From contig CAMRSX010000004.1 in assembly GCA_947053595.1 (NCBI GenBank), positions 13,711 to 77,710 of the forward strand: a DNA stretch of 64,000 nucleotides, in the 5' to 3' direction. Source of the stretch: an uncultured Clostridia bacterium. GTDB taxonomy: Bacteria; Bacillota; Clostridia; Christensenellales; UBA1242. The position numbers and the translations under genes are program-made. The notes below the pieces were generated by a model. The model was given only the letters and a program-made list of their open reading frames with translations. It had not been told where the DNA came from and searched no databases. Each line of letters starts with the position of its first letter. Positions within the stretch are counted from its first letter, which is position 1. Below, in pieces: positions 37,101 to 45,318 of the stretch.

Positions 37101-40100
37101 AAGATTTTCGTCCAGCACAACCTGAAGGTTGTAGAAGCCATATTCTTGAAGCGTCAGTCTGCCGCCTGTGGTTTCCAGCAAATCGCTTGTCAGCGCTTCT
37201 TGCTGTCCGCGCACTCTTCGGATGTCAAAGCCGTTGTCCAAAGAAAGCAGCCATGGTGCTTGCGAGAAGCTGTTTGTTGGAATGGCATTAAGGTTGTAAG
37301 GCGTTGGCAAGCTTTCGGCTGTCAAGATGTCCGCCACGGTGTCAGCGCTTTTGCCCAAAGAGAAGTCCAGTGCCAGCTTGACGCCATATGTGCCAGACGT
37401 GTTGATTGTCTGCCCGTTCACGCAAAGCTTGATTGTCAGCGACCTTGTAATGTCTGTTCTGCTGCCCAGTGTGAAGGCAGAAAGTTTTCCAACGGTTTCG
37501 CCAGAAAGCACGCTGGCGTTTTGAGATGTTCTCTCAAAATATTGCAAGAATGTTCCCACACTTTCGTTTTCTGTTTCTTTCAAAAGAATTGGAGTGCCGT
37601 TTTTATATTGTGCCACCACCCTTGCAGTGAGGATGGCAACGCCGTCGTCGGTGTATACATCCGAATTGTTGCAACGGGTTTCTTCGTCCACGCCAATGAT
37701 GTTTCCGTCGTCATCCAAAATGGCAACATTGTATGTGCCTTCAATGCGGCAGCCTTCATATGATTTGCCAAGGTCGATGCGGCAAACTTGTCCTGCTGCG
37801 CCTGTGATTTTTTCAATCTTGTTGTTGGTGCCGTCGGTGATTTTGATGTAATATGTTCCACCAGTGCGAAGAACATATTTCAAAATTCTGTTTGTGGCAA
37901 AAATGTTTTTCTCTTGCGATGCAAGGTCTTCTGCATAAATTGTTTCAACATCCAGTGTGTAATTGAGTGGATTTGTGACAATGTCAACCACGCTGTCCTT
38001 AACAAGGTTAACTTCATATGAAATCTCAACTTCGTTCACAATAAGCTTAAACACAAGTTTTCCGCTTTCGCCGCTGACAAGAGTGAACAGTGCGTCAAAG
38101 TTTGGTGCATCAAAGTTGTCTTCTGTCATATCTGCGCTTGTCAAAAGCACATCTGAAGAAGCGCTTTCGTTGGCGGAAGTTTTGTCATAGGTTTTGCTGT
38201 CAAATGTCAGCGAAACGTTGTCGGTTGTGTTTGTGGTGTCAAGATATATCTTCCAGTTTTTCTTGACATTGACAAACTTAACGTCGCCAGAACGCTCCAC
38301 ATTGGCAACCTCAATGCGCTTTTTCTGCGCGCCAGTGTTCCAATCTTCCACCTGCGCAAACAGTGCCGAGGTGTTGAAGAAGTTTTGTGCAACAAATGTG
38401 AAGCTGCCATTTTCTACTTTTTGCGTTGTGGCAACATATTCGCAATTTGCTGAAGTTTTTTGGTCTGGCATTGGATAGTGGTTTTGCAATTTGACATTTG
38501 GAAGTGCGGTGTATTGATATGTAAGAGGAATGTTGAAAATTTCCACATCGCCAAACATGCAAACAATGCTGTTGTCAGAAATTGTGAACTTTTCGCCAAT
38601 CTGCTTGCCAGAAAGTTGTGCCACTTCGTTCATTGTTTGAGAGATGACATCCCCTTTCTTGAACATAAACTTGCTTGTGACATTTTTCTTGGTTGCAAGG
38701 AAGTTGTTGGCAGATTCGATGGCATTCATGCTGGTTTCAATTTTGTCTGCGCCATAGAACACCACGCCGCCATAGGACACGCTTTCTCTTGTAAAGCTTG
38801 GCTTTTTGATTTCAATTTCAAAATCGAATGTGTAAGAGTTTTGCACCTTGAAGGAAGCTTCGCGCGCTTCGTCCTCTTCAGCAAAGTTTCCACTTTCATC
38901 TTTTTCATAAACCAAAACGGTGGCTTTAAATTTGAAGGTGACGCGCTTGAGCAGATGTGTGAACTCCACAGTGGCATTCTTCCAGTCAAAGCTGCCGTTT
39001 TCAAGCGTTGCATTGTTGATTTTTACCAATTGACCAAGGCGCAAGGTTTGTCCGCCAAAACTTTGAGAATTTTGAATTTCTTCGTCTGCGTTTGCAAGTT
39101 CAATCACAACATTGTCAATTGGGGAAGCGTTTTCGCCTCTGCCGTCTTTCAGCACTTCAAACAAATAATTATTGTCTCTTGAAACAGTTGTGTTGTCATT
39201 TGGATTTAAGAACTTATATACATTTGCGCCTTCAAATTCAAATGGTGCTGTTTGATTGAGCTGTTTTACATAAAAACTTGTCACGCTGAAGTTGATTTTA
39301 AACACAACCTTTTGTGTTGTGAAGAAGCCCACAACAAAGTTATAGTCCTTTTTGACTGTTTCTTTTGCCTTGATGTGAAGCGTCCTCTTGTTTTGCCCTT
39401 CTTTTTGTGTGAGATATGCATAGGTGTATTCTTCAATGTCACCCGCTTTAAGAATGTATGTGTATTCTGTTCCGTCAATGTTGATGGAAATCTGTTGCCC
39501 AACGGCAAAGTCTTCGGATGTCCAATCACCAAACACTTCGCCCTTTTTGATGGTTACGCCTTCTGCAACCTCAATATCTTTTGCTGCAATGGCTTTTTTC
39601 ATCAGTGCCTCTTCTGGCTGGTCGGCAAATACATAAGCCGTGAGGTCTTTCACTGTGTTTGTCCAATCGTCGTTGCCGTCAACCTTAATTTTGACATCCA
39701 CGCTGTATTGTCTTTCGGCCTCGCCAGCTGTGAGTGTGTGAACATACACATCTGGGTTGGAGGCAAGTGTGCCCACAAGTTTGCCGTCGGCGTCATATCT
39801 CAGTTCGTGAATGTATTGCTGACCTTGGTTGAAAGCAAAGGTATATTCCAACTGGCTGCCAACAGCCACTTTTTTGTCCACATAATAAGTTCTGGAAATG
39901 GTGACTGCAAGTGCAGCTGTTTTGTCAACAGGTTTGATGTTGAAGATGATGTGCCCATCTTCTGCTTTTGTGAAACTGTGAGTGAACAAGCTGGAGTTTC
40001 CGTCAACAGGCTTGCCATTCACTTTTGTCACTGCAAAGTGGGAGATTTCTGCTGCATCAAAGGCTGCCGCATCCGCTGTTGGAGCAACAAACCTTGTGCC

Positions 40101-43100
40101 AGAAGAAAATCTGCTGTTGCCAAGGTGAAAGTTTTCGTCGAGGTCAATTTCATAGCCCTTTTCTTCGCCCTTGAAGGCATCGGTGTTGACATTCAAATAT
40201 TCCGCCCTTGCTTCAACATCATAAGGATAAAGCACGCTGCCAGCTTTGAAACTTGGCAAAACCTTGATGCGATATAACCACACTTTGTTGCCTGCGCCAT
40301 TGGACAGGGCAAACCTAAGCACCACATAAACTTCTTCATACACGTTTTCTGCCAAGTGGTTGATTGTGATTTGATTGGTTTTTTCGTCCACCGAAACCAA
40401 ACCTTCAATGTCCACCTTTCTGCCGTCCAAAATGCCATACACTTTGTCTTTGGAAAGTTTTGCAGAGGTTGTTCTCAGTTCGCTGTTATAATAGAAACCA
40501 TATATATTGTTTAAGTCAAGTTCTTCATCTTCCGCATCGCCTGCTTGTTTTGTGTCGTGCACCATTTGATATGTTTTGCCGGCACTGAGGGTTTGGAATA
40601 TGTTGTTTGCTTCAAGGTCTGCCGCGTTGGAGGAAATCAAGGTTTTAAAGTCCACGTCGCCAAAGGTATTGTAAACAAGTTTGCCGTCCACAAGTGTGCC
40701 ATCGCCATAATAAACAAACTGTCCACCCACTCTGCTGACAATGGCGCTCATTCTGATGGAAACAGCAAGATTTGCAATTTGCTTTTTGATGCTGAAGGTG
40801 TTTTGCGCCACGCTGAACACGCCTTCAATGTTTTTGGCTTGCAACTTGCCGCCTGTGCCAATTGAAAGGTCTCCCGTCATGGAGTTGCTGTCTGTGTCCA
40901 CCAAGCCAGTCAGAGGCTGATAGGTTTGATTTGCAGAAAGCAAAAGATGCACTTTGCCTTCATATTTAACAAGTGAAATTCCGTCGCCAAAAATGGCCTT
41001 AACTGTTTCAATTTCGTCCTCGCCAAAGCCCAGCGAAACAGAAATTTTGGTGTGTGCAACTGGCTCGCACTTTTGCTGGATGAAGTCGCCTTCGCCTTCC
41101 ACAGATTTAATTTTGATGGCATCCACAGCAATCTCTTCCGAGCCCTCTGTGTAGTACATCAAAAACTCTTGCAAGAAGGTTGTGCCCAGCACCAGCGAAA
41201 GTTTGAGGTTGTTGGAAGAATTGATGACAAATTTTCCGCCTTGAATGTTGATGAATTGCTCGCCGCTGGACGCAAGGTTTTTGTATGACATTGCCTTTTC
41301 AAACTTGGTTGAAGCAGCAAAGTTGTGTTCGTTTGCAATGTAAGCTGTTGCCCTGTGAAGTTCAAACGCCGACGCAAGCTCAAGCGAAGTTTCTGGCTTA
41401 TCTGAAAGTTTTTCAACGTCCACAAATGGGCTGTTGTTTTTGTCTTTCACAATTTGCCTTACAACAATGTTTGGATTTGCATATAATGTCACCTTAACAT
41501 GAGGTGCCAGCTCGCTGCGCACACCATAATATAGGGTGAAGGAAATGGTTTTGCATTGATATAAATCGTCAATTCTAAGCACGCCATTTGTGATTGTGTT
41601 GCAAACGCCGCTGTCGTCCACAAGCATTCCGTCGCGGTCGGCAGTGATGACGCCAAGGTCTTCCCATTTATATGTATACCTTCCAGAAGCGGACCTGATT
41701 TTTAAATATCCGTCCGAGCCGTCCGAGCCGTCCAAGCTGTCAAGGTTGTAAGTTGTGCCAGCAAACACAACTGCCATGGCAGAATCTTTTGGATTGTCCA
41801 AAAGATAGTCATGCTGCGCGTCCTTGTTGATGGATGCCTTATATTTGACAAAGTTGTCCGAAATGGAAGCATCCACCTTGAATGTCAAAGCAAAATCAAT
41901 TTCAAAGGTGCCGTTTTCGTTGCTGACAGCAAAATGAATTGTGGTGGCTGTGCCAAATGGAGCATTAAACTGCATTCCGCTGACAAGATTTTTCTCTTCG
42001 TCCTTAAAGGTGAAGTTCACCATTTTCATCAGCTCTTGATTGGACAAAACTGCAGCGTCCAAGCGGAAGTTGAGGCTGGAGACAGGGTCGATGTTTGTGC
42101 CGGTGTAAACCTTAATCAAATCATTCAAATCTCTGATTTCTTCGCCCTTATTGACAACCTTTGAAACTTGTGCAAAGCCAGTGCTGCTGCTTTGGGTGTA
42201 TTCGGTGTTGACATCATAGGCGTCCTTCAACTGGTCTGTGCTGTTTTGCATGATTTTTGAAACGCCTTCACTGGTGATTTCAAACTTAATTTTTGGCAGT
42301 GTCATTCTGGTTTTGGTTGCTTCGTCGGTGTATACATATGGGTCTCTTGATGTGACAGGAATGTCAGAATCAAACCTCTTGTCCACCACATAGGCTGCCA
42401 AATAAACCGTCTTCTTTTCTGATGCAGAGAAGTTGGTGATTTTTGTGGCAGAGCCGTCCAGCCCAATAATTGGTTTTCCTGCCTTTGTGAAGCCTGTGGC
42501 AGTTTTTTCTTCTTCTTCCAGTTGAATGTTATACACACTTGGGTCAATTGCTCTTCCAAATCTGTCCTTCAATGTGAAGGCAAGCAGTTTGTTGAGGTTG
42601 GCAATTTTGTCGTTGATGGAAGCACCTTCAATGGAAGAGATTTCATTTCCGTTTTTGTCATACCACTTGACAATGATGCTGTCGTCTGTGTTAAGGACTG
42701 AAATATAGTCGTCCAAAACTCCGTCAGTGGCAGCAGGATGAGAGTTGAGATATTCCGCCGTGAATCTGGCAGAATCTGGGCGCTGATAATACACAAAGAA
42801 TGATTCCGCACCAGTGTTTTTCATTGTGATTGGATGAACAAATTCTTCTTTGCCATTGTTGTAAACAAGCTGCAGTCTAAATTCTTTGCCGTCATATGGC
42901 TTGCTGGCAACAAACTTGGATTCGTTGATTTTGATTGTGCCGTTGAATGTCACAATGCTGTCAGCATCACTTGGGTCGTTTGCAACAATTTGAATGCTTT
43001 CTTTGTCCACCACCAGCCAATCACCTTCTTGATTGCCGTTGGTGCCGTCCACAATGCGCAGGTCGCCATCCTTAAACGCTTTTTCAACTTTGGCGTCGTC

Positions 43101-45134
43101 CTTGCTGGTTTTGGTGTCCAACTTCAAAGTGAAAGACAGCATGTTCTTGCTTTGTCCTTCTTCAGTGAGGTTGATTGCAGGGATGTAATATCTTTCTCTT
43201 CCGCCTTCCACAACGGGCTCGATGCTGGCGTCAATGCCAAAAGAGTATGTCATGTTGGAAGTTGAGAGGGTGCTTTCCACAACAATTTGCTTTGCGCGGC
43301 TGATGGAAACAAGTTTGTAAGCGCCATCTTCCATTTCTGGCTTAAAATCAGCATCCGTTTTAATTACGCCCGCAACAACATAAATTTTGGAGTTGTCGCT
43401 TCCATCCATTGGCTTGAATGCCGAAAGCAAAAACTCGTCGTCAATTTCATAAAGCAAATAGCCGCCCTCTGGCATGGCAATGTTTTCAACAGAAAGTGGA
43501 CTGCCCAGATAGTTGGTGGCATAAGCTTTGGCAGCTTTGCAGGCAAAAGAGTTGGTGATTTCGCTGTCAAACTGCCCTTCCATCATCAGGAAATATTTCA
43601 CAGCGGTGTTTCCGCCAACGCTGTTTAAAAGTTCTGTCAAGTTGGCGCGCGCAGGAATTGCCTGCCCGTCTTGATTGTAATTGATTTCCAAGTTGATTGG
43701 CGTGTTGTCCTTCCAAGTTGGAGGCTCCTCACTAAGTTTTTGTGTGACATTGATGCCCACAACGCTTTCGTCTGCAGCGTCAAAAAACATCTTCCAGCCA
43801 CCGTCTTCTTTGAAGAAAAAGTTAAGCGAAGCTTGTGTTGTTACGGCGGTGGCAGAAGTCAACCTCCAACCATAGTTGGCATAGTCGTTTGGAGTGGTGT
43901 CTGCCAAGATGTAATATTCGGTGCCTTCTGGCGCGCTGGAATAATCCACCTCGCCCGAAAAATCTTCTTGTGAGATTTTTGTTTGTCCATTGACAGACTC
44001 CACCTTCATCACTCTTCCGCCCACAATCTTAAGTGGTGTGCCTTTTGGCACCTTAATGCCCACATTGGCAAAAAGCTCGTTGCGGTCTTGTCCCTGCGTG
44101 TCCTTAATCACCAGCCCAAGTTTGGCGTTGCCAGAGTTGGCTGTCAGGTTGAAGTGAGTGTCTGTCACCAGTTGCAGCGGATTGGCTGGACTGATGTTGT
44201 TGATGTTGTTGAAAAGCACATCCTTAACCTTGACAGAAACAATCTTAAGCTTGAGAGTGTTTTGTGCACAATATGCTGGATTGTTGATGAGATATGTAAT
44301 TGCATTGTTGTTTAAAAGTGCGTTGGATGCGTTTGGATATTCGGCGCCAAACTTATCCAAAAATTCCTTTTGATGATATGCATCCGCAAAGGTGTAAGCC
44401 GTCACTTCGGCTTCGCCAGTCATTTCCGACGCTTTAAACTTGCCAGTTGAAAGGTTGTAAGCAAGATTGGCGCTTGGAGAGAAGAAAACGCGCTTTTTGT
44501 CAAGTGAGTTGGAAAAGCAGTTTTGGCTGTTGCTTGGCAAAAAGTGTGTGTCCAATGTGAACTCGGTGCCAACAATCACCTCTTGCACGCCCAAGCCTTG
44601 GTTTCCATGCACAGAAAGCCCAAGGCTGCCCACAGGGGTGTCCACCGCAATGGTGGCAGTTTTTTTGGAAAGCAAAACATTTTCTGAAGATGCCGTTATG
44701 GTGGAAAGACCACCCACAATCAAATCGTCAGTTGGGTTTTTCATAAGCGTAACTTCAAAAGGACGATTCAACAAAACCTGTTGTGGAACGCGAATGATGC
44801 CGTTTGAAAGAAAGCCGTCCACAAGCACGCCGTTATTTAATGACAACGTCACCTTGTTTTGAGTTGCGCCTTCTGTGGAAGAAGAAATGGTCAGCTTAAA
44901 ATCTGACGCAACCTTGAAGTAAGACGAATTGCCGCTTGACATGGTTGGGTCATAAAATCCCAAGCCCTCATCCAGTTGCGAAACAAAGCCCATGTCTTCT
45001 GGCTTAATCACCTCGTCTTCAAATCTGCCCATAAGAAAAAGAGTTAGGACGGTGACGCCCACAACCCCCACAAGCCCAGCAAATGCCAGAATTATTGCCA
45101 TCCATAACTTAAGGACACCTCTTTTCTTTCTCAT
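28122..45134 (-). CDS. Giant (about 5670 aa) N-terminally membrane-anchored surface protein made of divergent beta-rich modules
   Basis: A single uninterrupted ORF. The likely start is ATG 45134, following GGAG and 7 nt. The N-terminus MRKKRGVLKLWMAIILAFAGLVGVVGVTVLTLFLM is a signal-anchor. No LPXTG, SLH or choline-binding motifs were seen. The last ~250 aa contain three copies of a module ending KT[VIY][FY]V.[FA].G[DE]...Y.[FI]....[FL]. Confidence 0.85.
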   Translation of the reverse strand: MRKKRGVLKLWMAIILAFAGLVGVVGVTVLTLFLMGRFEDEVIKPEDMGFVSQLDEGLGFYDPTMSSGNSSYFKVASDFKLTISSSTEGATQNKVTLSLNNGVLVDGFLSNGIIRVPQQVLLNRPFEVTLMKNPTDDLIVGGLSTITASSENVLLSKKTATIAVDTPVGSLGLSVHGNQGLGVQEVIVGTEFTLDTHFLPSNSQNCFSNSLDKKRVFFSPSANLAYNLSTGKFKASEMTGEAEVTAYTFADAYHQKEFLDKFGAEYPNASNALLNNNAITYLINNPAYCAQNTLKLKIVSVKVKDVLFNNINNISPANPLQLVTDTHFNLTANSGNAKLGLVIKDTQGQDRNELFANVGIKVPKGTPLKIVGGRVMKVESVNGQTKISQEDFSGEVDYSSAPEGTEYYILADTTPNDYANYGWRLTSATAVTTQASLNFFFKEDGGWKMFFDAADESVVGINVTQKLSEEPPTWKDNTPINLEINYNQDGQAIPARANLTELLNSVGGNTAVKYFLMMEGQFDSEITNSFACKAAKAYATNYLGSPLSVENIAMPEGGYLLYEIDDEFLLSAFKPMDGSDNSKIYVVAGVIKTDADFKPEMEDGAYKLVSISRAKQIVVESTLSTSNMTYSFGIDASIEPVVEGGRERYYIPAINLTEEGQSKNMLSFTLKLDTKTSKDDAKVEKAFKDGDLRIVDGTNGNQEGDWLVVDKESIQIVANDPSDADSIVTFNGTIKINESKFVASKPYDGKEFRLQLVYNNGKEEFVHPITMKNTGAESFFVYYQRPDSARFTAEYLNSHPAATDGVLDDYISVLNTDDSIIVKWYDKNGNEISSIEGASINDKIANLNKLLAFTLKDRFGRAIDPSVYNIQLEEEEKTATGFTKAGKPIIGLDGSATKITNFSASEKKTVYLAAYVVDKRFDSDIPVTSRDPYVYTDEATKTRMTLPKIKFEITSEGVSKIMQNSTDQLKDAYDVNTEYTQSSSTGFAQVSKVVNKGEEIRDLNDLIKVYTGTNIDPVSSLNFRLDAAVLSNQELMKMVNFTFKDEEKNLVSGMQFNAPFGTATTIHFAVSNENGTFEIDFALTFKVDASISDNFVKYKASINKDAQHDYLLDNPKDSAMAVVFAGTTYNLDSLDGSDGSDGYLKIRSASGRYTYKWEDLGVITADRDGMLVDDSGVCNTITNGVLRIDDLYQCKTISFTLYYGVRSELAPHVKVTLYANPNIVVRQIVKDKNNSPFVDVEKLSDKPETSLELASAFELHRATAYIANEHNFAASTKFEKAMSYKNLASSGEQFINIQGGKFVINSSNNLKLSLVLGTTFLQEFLMYYTEGSEEIAVDAIKIKSVEGEGDFIQQKCEPVAHTKISVSLGFGEDEIETVKAIFGDGISLVKYEGKVHLLLSANQTYQPLTGLVDTDSNSMTGDLSIGTGGKLQAKNIEGVFSVAQNTFSIKKQIANLAVSIRMSAIVSRVGGQFVYYGDGTLVDGKLVYNTFGDVDFKTLISSNAADLEANNIFQTLSAGKTYQMVHDTKQAGDAEDEELDLNNIYGFYYNSELRTTSAKLSKDKVYGILDGRKVDIEGLVSVDEKTNQITINHLAENVYEEVYVVLRFALSNGAGNKVWLYRIKVLPSFKAGSVLYPYDVEARAEYLNVNTDAFKGEEKGYEIDLDENFHLGNSRFSSGTRFVAPTADAAAFDAAEISHFAVTKVNGKPVDGNSSLFTHSFTKAEDGHIIFNIKPVDKTAALAVTISRTYYVDKKVAVGSQLEYTFAFNQGQQYIHELRYDADGKLVGTLASNPDVYVHTLTAGEAERQYSVDVKIKVDGNDDWTNTVKDLTAYVFADQPEEALMKKAIAAKDIEVAEGVTIKKGEVFGDWTSEDFAVGQQISINIDGTEYTYILKAGDIEEYTYAYLTQKEGQNKRTLHIKAKETVKKDYNFVVGFFTTQKVVFKINFSVTSFYVKQLNQTAPFEFEGANVYKFLNPNDNTTVSRDNNYLFEVLKDGRGENASPIDNVVIELANADEEIQNSQSFGGQTLRLGQLVKINNATLENGSFDWKNATVEFTHLLKRVTFKFKATVLVYEKDESGNFAEEDEAREASFKVQNSYTFDFEIEIKKPSFTRESVSYGGVVFYGADKIETSMNAIESANNFLATKKNVTSKFMFKKGDVISQTMNEVAQLSGKQIGEKFTISDNSIVCMFGDVEIFNIPLTYQYTALPNVKLQNHYPMPDQKTSANCEYVATTQKVENGSFTFVAQNFFNTSALFAQVEDWNTGAQKKRIEVANVERSGDVKFVNVKKNWKIYLDTTNTTDNVSLTFDSKTYDKTSANESASSDVLLTSADMTEDNFDAPNFDALFTLVSGESGKLVFKLIVNEVEISYEVNLVKDSVVDIVTNPLNYTLDVETIYAEDLASQEKNIFATNRILKYVLRTGGTYYIKITDGTNNKIEKITGAAGQVCRIDLGKSYEGCRIEGTYNVAILDDDGNIIGVDEETRCNNSDVYTDDGVAILTARVVAQYKNGTPILLKETENESVGTFLQYFERTSQNASVLSGETVGKLSAFTLGSRTDITRSLTIKLCVNGQTINTSGTYGVKLALDFSLGKSADTVADILTAESLPTPYNLNAIPTNSFSQAPWLLSLDNGFDIRRVRGQQEALTSDLLETTGGRLTLQEYGFYNLQVVLDENLSAESYGYEAGSWDYQLALTAGKVHNFLTSNAVPNANNVDVVYKTGLTPRAGKAAEQINQIGSTEANELNYVTLTGNKGTSDRATDWRLQAQGASNDGNFVMMKLTYSVDLGNGERASTAHNLLFRILPNSEIRFKNVFNTEERGVDEVVENRTISTNKASMFMLTDEIMQQELESLGSNKVITLYNTASSEDSKIVAYMRGQSDNLANTFTFTYTTSLTEGSRTYNNWNSNSSVNNWIENSNGYWTTNDKEPVANKVYVGVGKDNGSGSGRSLLIGVASLPLGERHFVVEFEDAFGFKGRFYFQIVSSNNPKVASVSNSGVMSEGQDFVFGANYNLVTPESASVSDDSRYMVYQPFQYDAPTAEGSNWYYNTIELTKKSNDAKFKIAGAMLMLKVGSEIEENESGHAGAYYIGGKQNNEAINLSEGQTITKTISADDIPSSADDISLLKILSDSDCQSDTGNVGDANLNGWKLSGTENAVVFGNKENFNNDILNVPPNKQQKDFQREKFKGSTITLRLLVKPASDDGKAKNFNPVGTFGVSVEAGSSDVVTKTLACVYTANADETPATIEGDGVKVNLNGIKAYAFDNNLGAVDINSITGTATEQDSKKLSNFTSSVNKISIKKVEFFHDGKQIGTSYVEGLASETTIGASLMTSKEVSFVEKAGNSWEVITGKSSPDSTAYSYKVVETGELSLGATYYYQADNGEYVSFEYMGYEDATWTGKTIYSYSKTEGAFASRFVVPYIDGILFGTGRQLENVVMKITLQDDSLSEDDDKTAEIETTVTIQREFNEKIFSSKDVLDGDAPEANSSDDKQVLNDTLEISLKPKENVEFVVSDRQIDSIVTNSNGKKTMYVKTADTERDYSKTYYIKTGTVYTKVTATDAELSEGWFERYDLLDSQIVKATGAADYATTKFEGISKNIVGLQKNLKKESFFFVYITKHTIGGEATEQLPTILYNGSALTSSDTTRLEVLDEEEKLVTYAYNLNGTKIASYENNMKLHIADIDELNGLTKTQILYFLIQYNPKDKDTNNDIANNPESNAKSQFVYQHQEVFTIHPQYVRAVNPQEIVVENYIKVGNSGTGKQYYMISLENWASIAGKEIELLRWNDNQSIADRGTLTTSNAYQFKFVINKEDGVAFIDENGLITTAEDFKITDNVITVNVFMKVSGNDGHYESDKTNILLSTFVIRLMPNGDMEDGWQPGAGSSMVYNPLAIGQSLSLVGNMEYDSKVRVALNLGEAVKLEYYYSDKKVSKISRVLTKLQGENAGTYASTFRLEFADGTTEDVDDSILEMSINLNGVKTSFGTVLKDINLPDRNEITLDVPFNQTADCNATYIFRKGNSEVEFDKVASNYLHLKNAFEFRLKKGDAVVHTFEMQDFNSTLTIPVETRTTTEGGNQIGYHYLQLSSNVVVGEKLTLSSLNAVSIWELLQNSLASESVNSSNTHFYFEYNGVRTEVSALQLREDGEGGYELMLKKSDNSFISLKNLSYTFVEYETENNNGRALLTFESAYNPTLNIKSYFGEELSKAELDAMLKTLLGFEEGTLCNFSLKNGTNTILFENMQFVYENGALRVNFLKQVEAPETPDATDENDQTDENGEGTDGEENKVAFEVVATLQNATRATIKVEVGDSVIDVALVFDMSKGIEISKEQFVLETEEKPAEETLENNFNFVTITKMKGLSSMVAKALNTTTENIGSYSISAGGATAKVELIGHDGIGFVFVLENGKMLRCSEAVQLLVTSTHNVNLGTVKLVLAGTQFENLSINAALGESSSLSQELYGKFDENTRYYYINDEGKEIELNLIKFTQKTNYTYSVIFFQMVEDKEEVQVTLEQGDSIHFVARLLDGTEKFVRLNFAVQFVKVESTLQFDKVYQLIGSLNENNQIAGTDGLLDEALVTALGADFQIAGCFVDAACSQDKQISAVKLTADKKLQLLYQGAVVAQLSSLQTQVYVKQADGRSVIKVATDFNAQKFAAEISFAAGNTVEASSMDVVSTLGSDVTFEYLGNTFTTFEFKYVGTETVAILLKNAGVALSDGILIVKPEEGIAVSAVSSNGNKFDVTVTIADTQNLQKLEIECYPFVTTYDNLVLSTLDGEVLASAAVAAGRTFADRAVEYFDSSLRPIASINRTNDNVKIVYAQIDKQLFVVKLAFNEVVKAQYGIAMECMIGERLEFASIDAEILSAAGITGNSFEFFFNENNVLKSAEAYVRGAGVDDIDVVVKAGGTFHQLNILFTPQSSEMENGSSGLKSNIIYFNANYGIVVVPKGYYIYQGTQGGALEDSESVEFAATHQDTLACTVGTTLDLHQLFDGAEIGEVDFSKLHNKKYHVVMLTNNSDKKTEFAYFNNVDSWTFNTAGTFSVSVVLTYRDDNKTVIKYKAFNFNVMVYNSSASSIRDVYKEFKYEENQTASIVEEGKEETWWLLSEGKAIKTNGQIKTVDKASTEVTTTDTPVILKGTNLHKLSFLVESKEDGVISYYIANASIFVYGQTNFASVSLGQNNKYKLKNVLGDEGTALEDSGLNFVLKDENGSVVKTYSFFDSNGRALSEVHFPNMGVGSNFDAEYMLIVKNAAAETEKVLKFVVKFKVVGSSTASERTENSYVAVSQKLSENQNENIQYFAKEDLNNAILSVLGLKETNLLGYADGKVKPNWKETYPEKPQTFVLIQERADNNLLSVSNDVQFNGKDVRIQKKYVVTYRTADRELVTTTLMLNIYVYSKAQKPENVEGVLADGSVYSYNSDADVFNFTYTADKEYTAFDISKIAADVRSVINAGIENEKDKLTTTTVITFNHFVNGILQVVKNVALQGNVAPKTYYVNAGETYYLFSIAFKVKPAIEKQVVLNVGQQLQLDTLDDWAKTSISGTREGKVTYYVSDKETLVVAQSITREAGVSSKTVFVKFEGDANAYEFEVVFVGRVAAHDAGETIDLKVLDGAVKEALKTSQEQSAISYYNQTAKGLEKVTAVAKPDGQTSKTIYVKFAGDETLYIISIALVEDAA

Positions 45135-45195
45135 AAAAAAACTCCAAAATAATTTCTTTTGTGTTTGAAATAATATGCGTAATTTCGACAAGTTT

Positions 45196-45225
45196 ATTTT
45201 AGCATTTTTTAATATTTTTAATCAA
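45196..45225 (-). promoter_or_regulatory. Candidate promoter of the giant gene
   Basis: Minus strand reads TTGATT (45225..45220), an 18-nt spacer, then TG-C-TAAAAT (-10 at 45201..45196), about 60 nt upstream of ATG 45134. Confidence 0.5.
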
Positions 45226-45283
45226 GTATTTTTATTAAAATATAATATATAATTTTTAATTAAATTTTTTGCACATTTTTAGG

Positions 45284-45312
45284 TTGACAGAAAAATAAAA
45301 ATCGTCTATACT
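45284..45312 (+). promoter_or_regulatory. Near-consensus promoter whose predicted TSS coincides with the ATG of the next gene
   Basis: TTGACA (45284..45289), a 17-nt spacer, TATACT (45307..45312). The ATG at 45319 lies 6 nt after the -10. Confidence 0.6.
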
Positions 45313-45318
45313 TAAGGC

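Noticed and set aside
37029-40277. Long plus-strand ORFs inside the giant gene (for example 39252..40277 at 341 aa, 37029..37763 at 244 aa, 38460..39182 at 240 aa).
   Set aside because: They are antisense to an uninterrupted 17-kb ORF and have Cys/Phe/His-rich low-plausibility sequences with no RBS context. This is typical of shadow ORFs caused by the codon bias of the sense strand.
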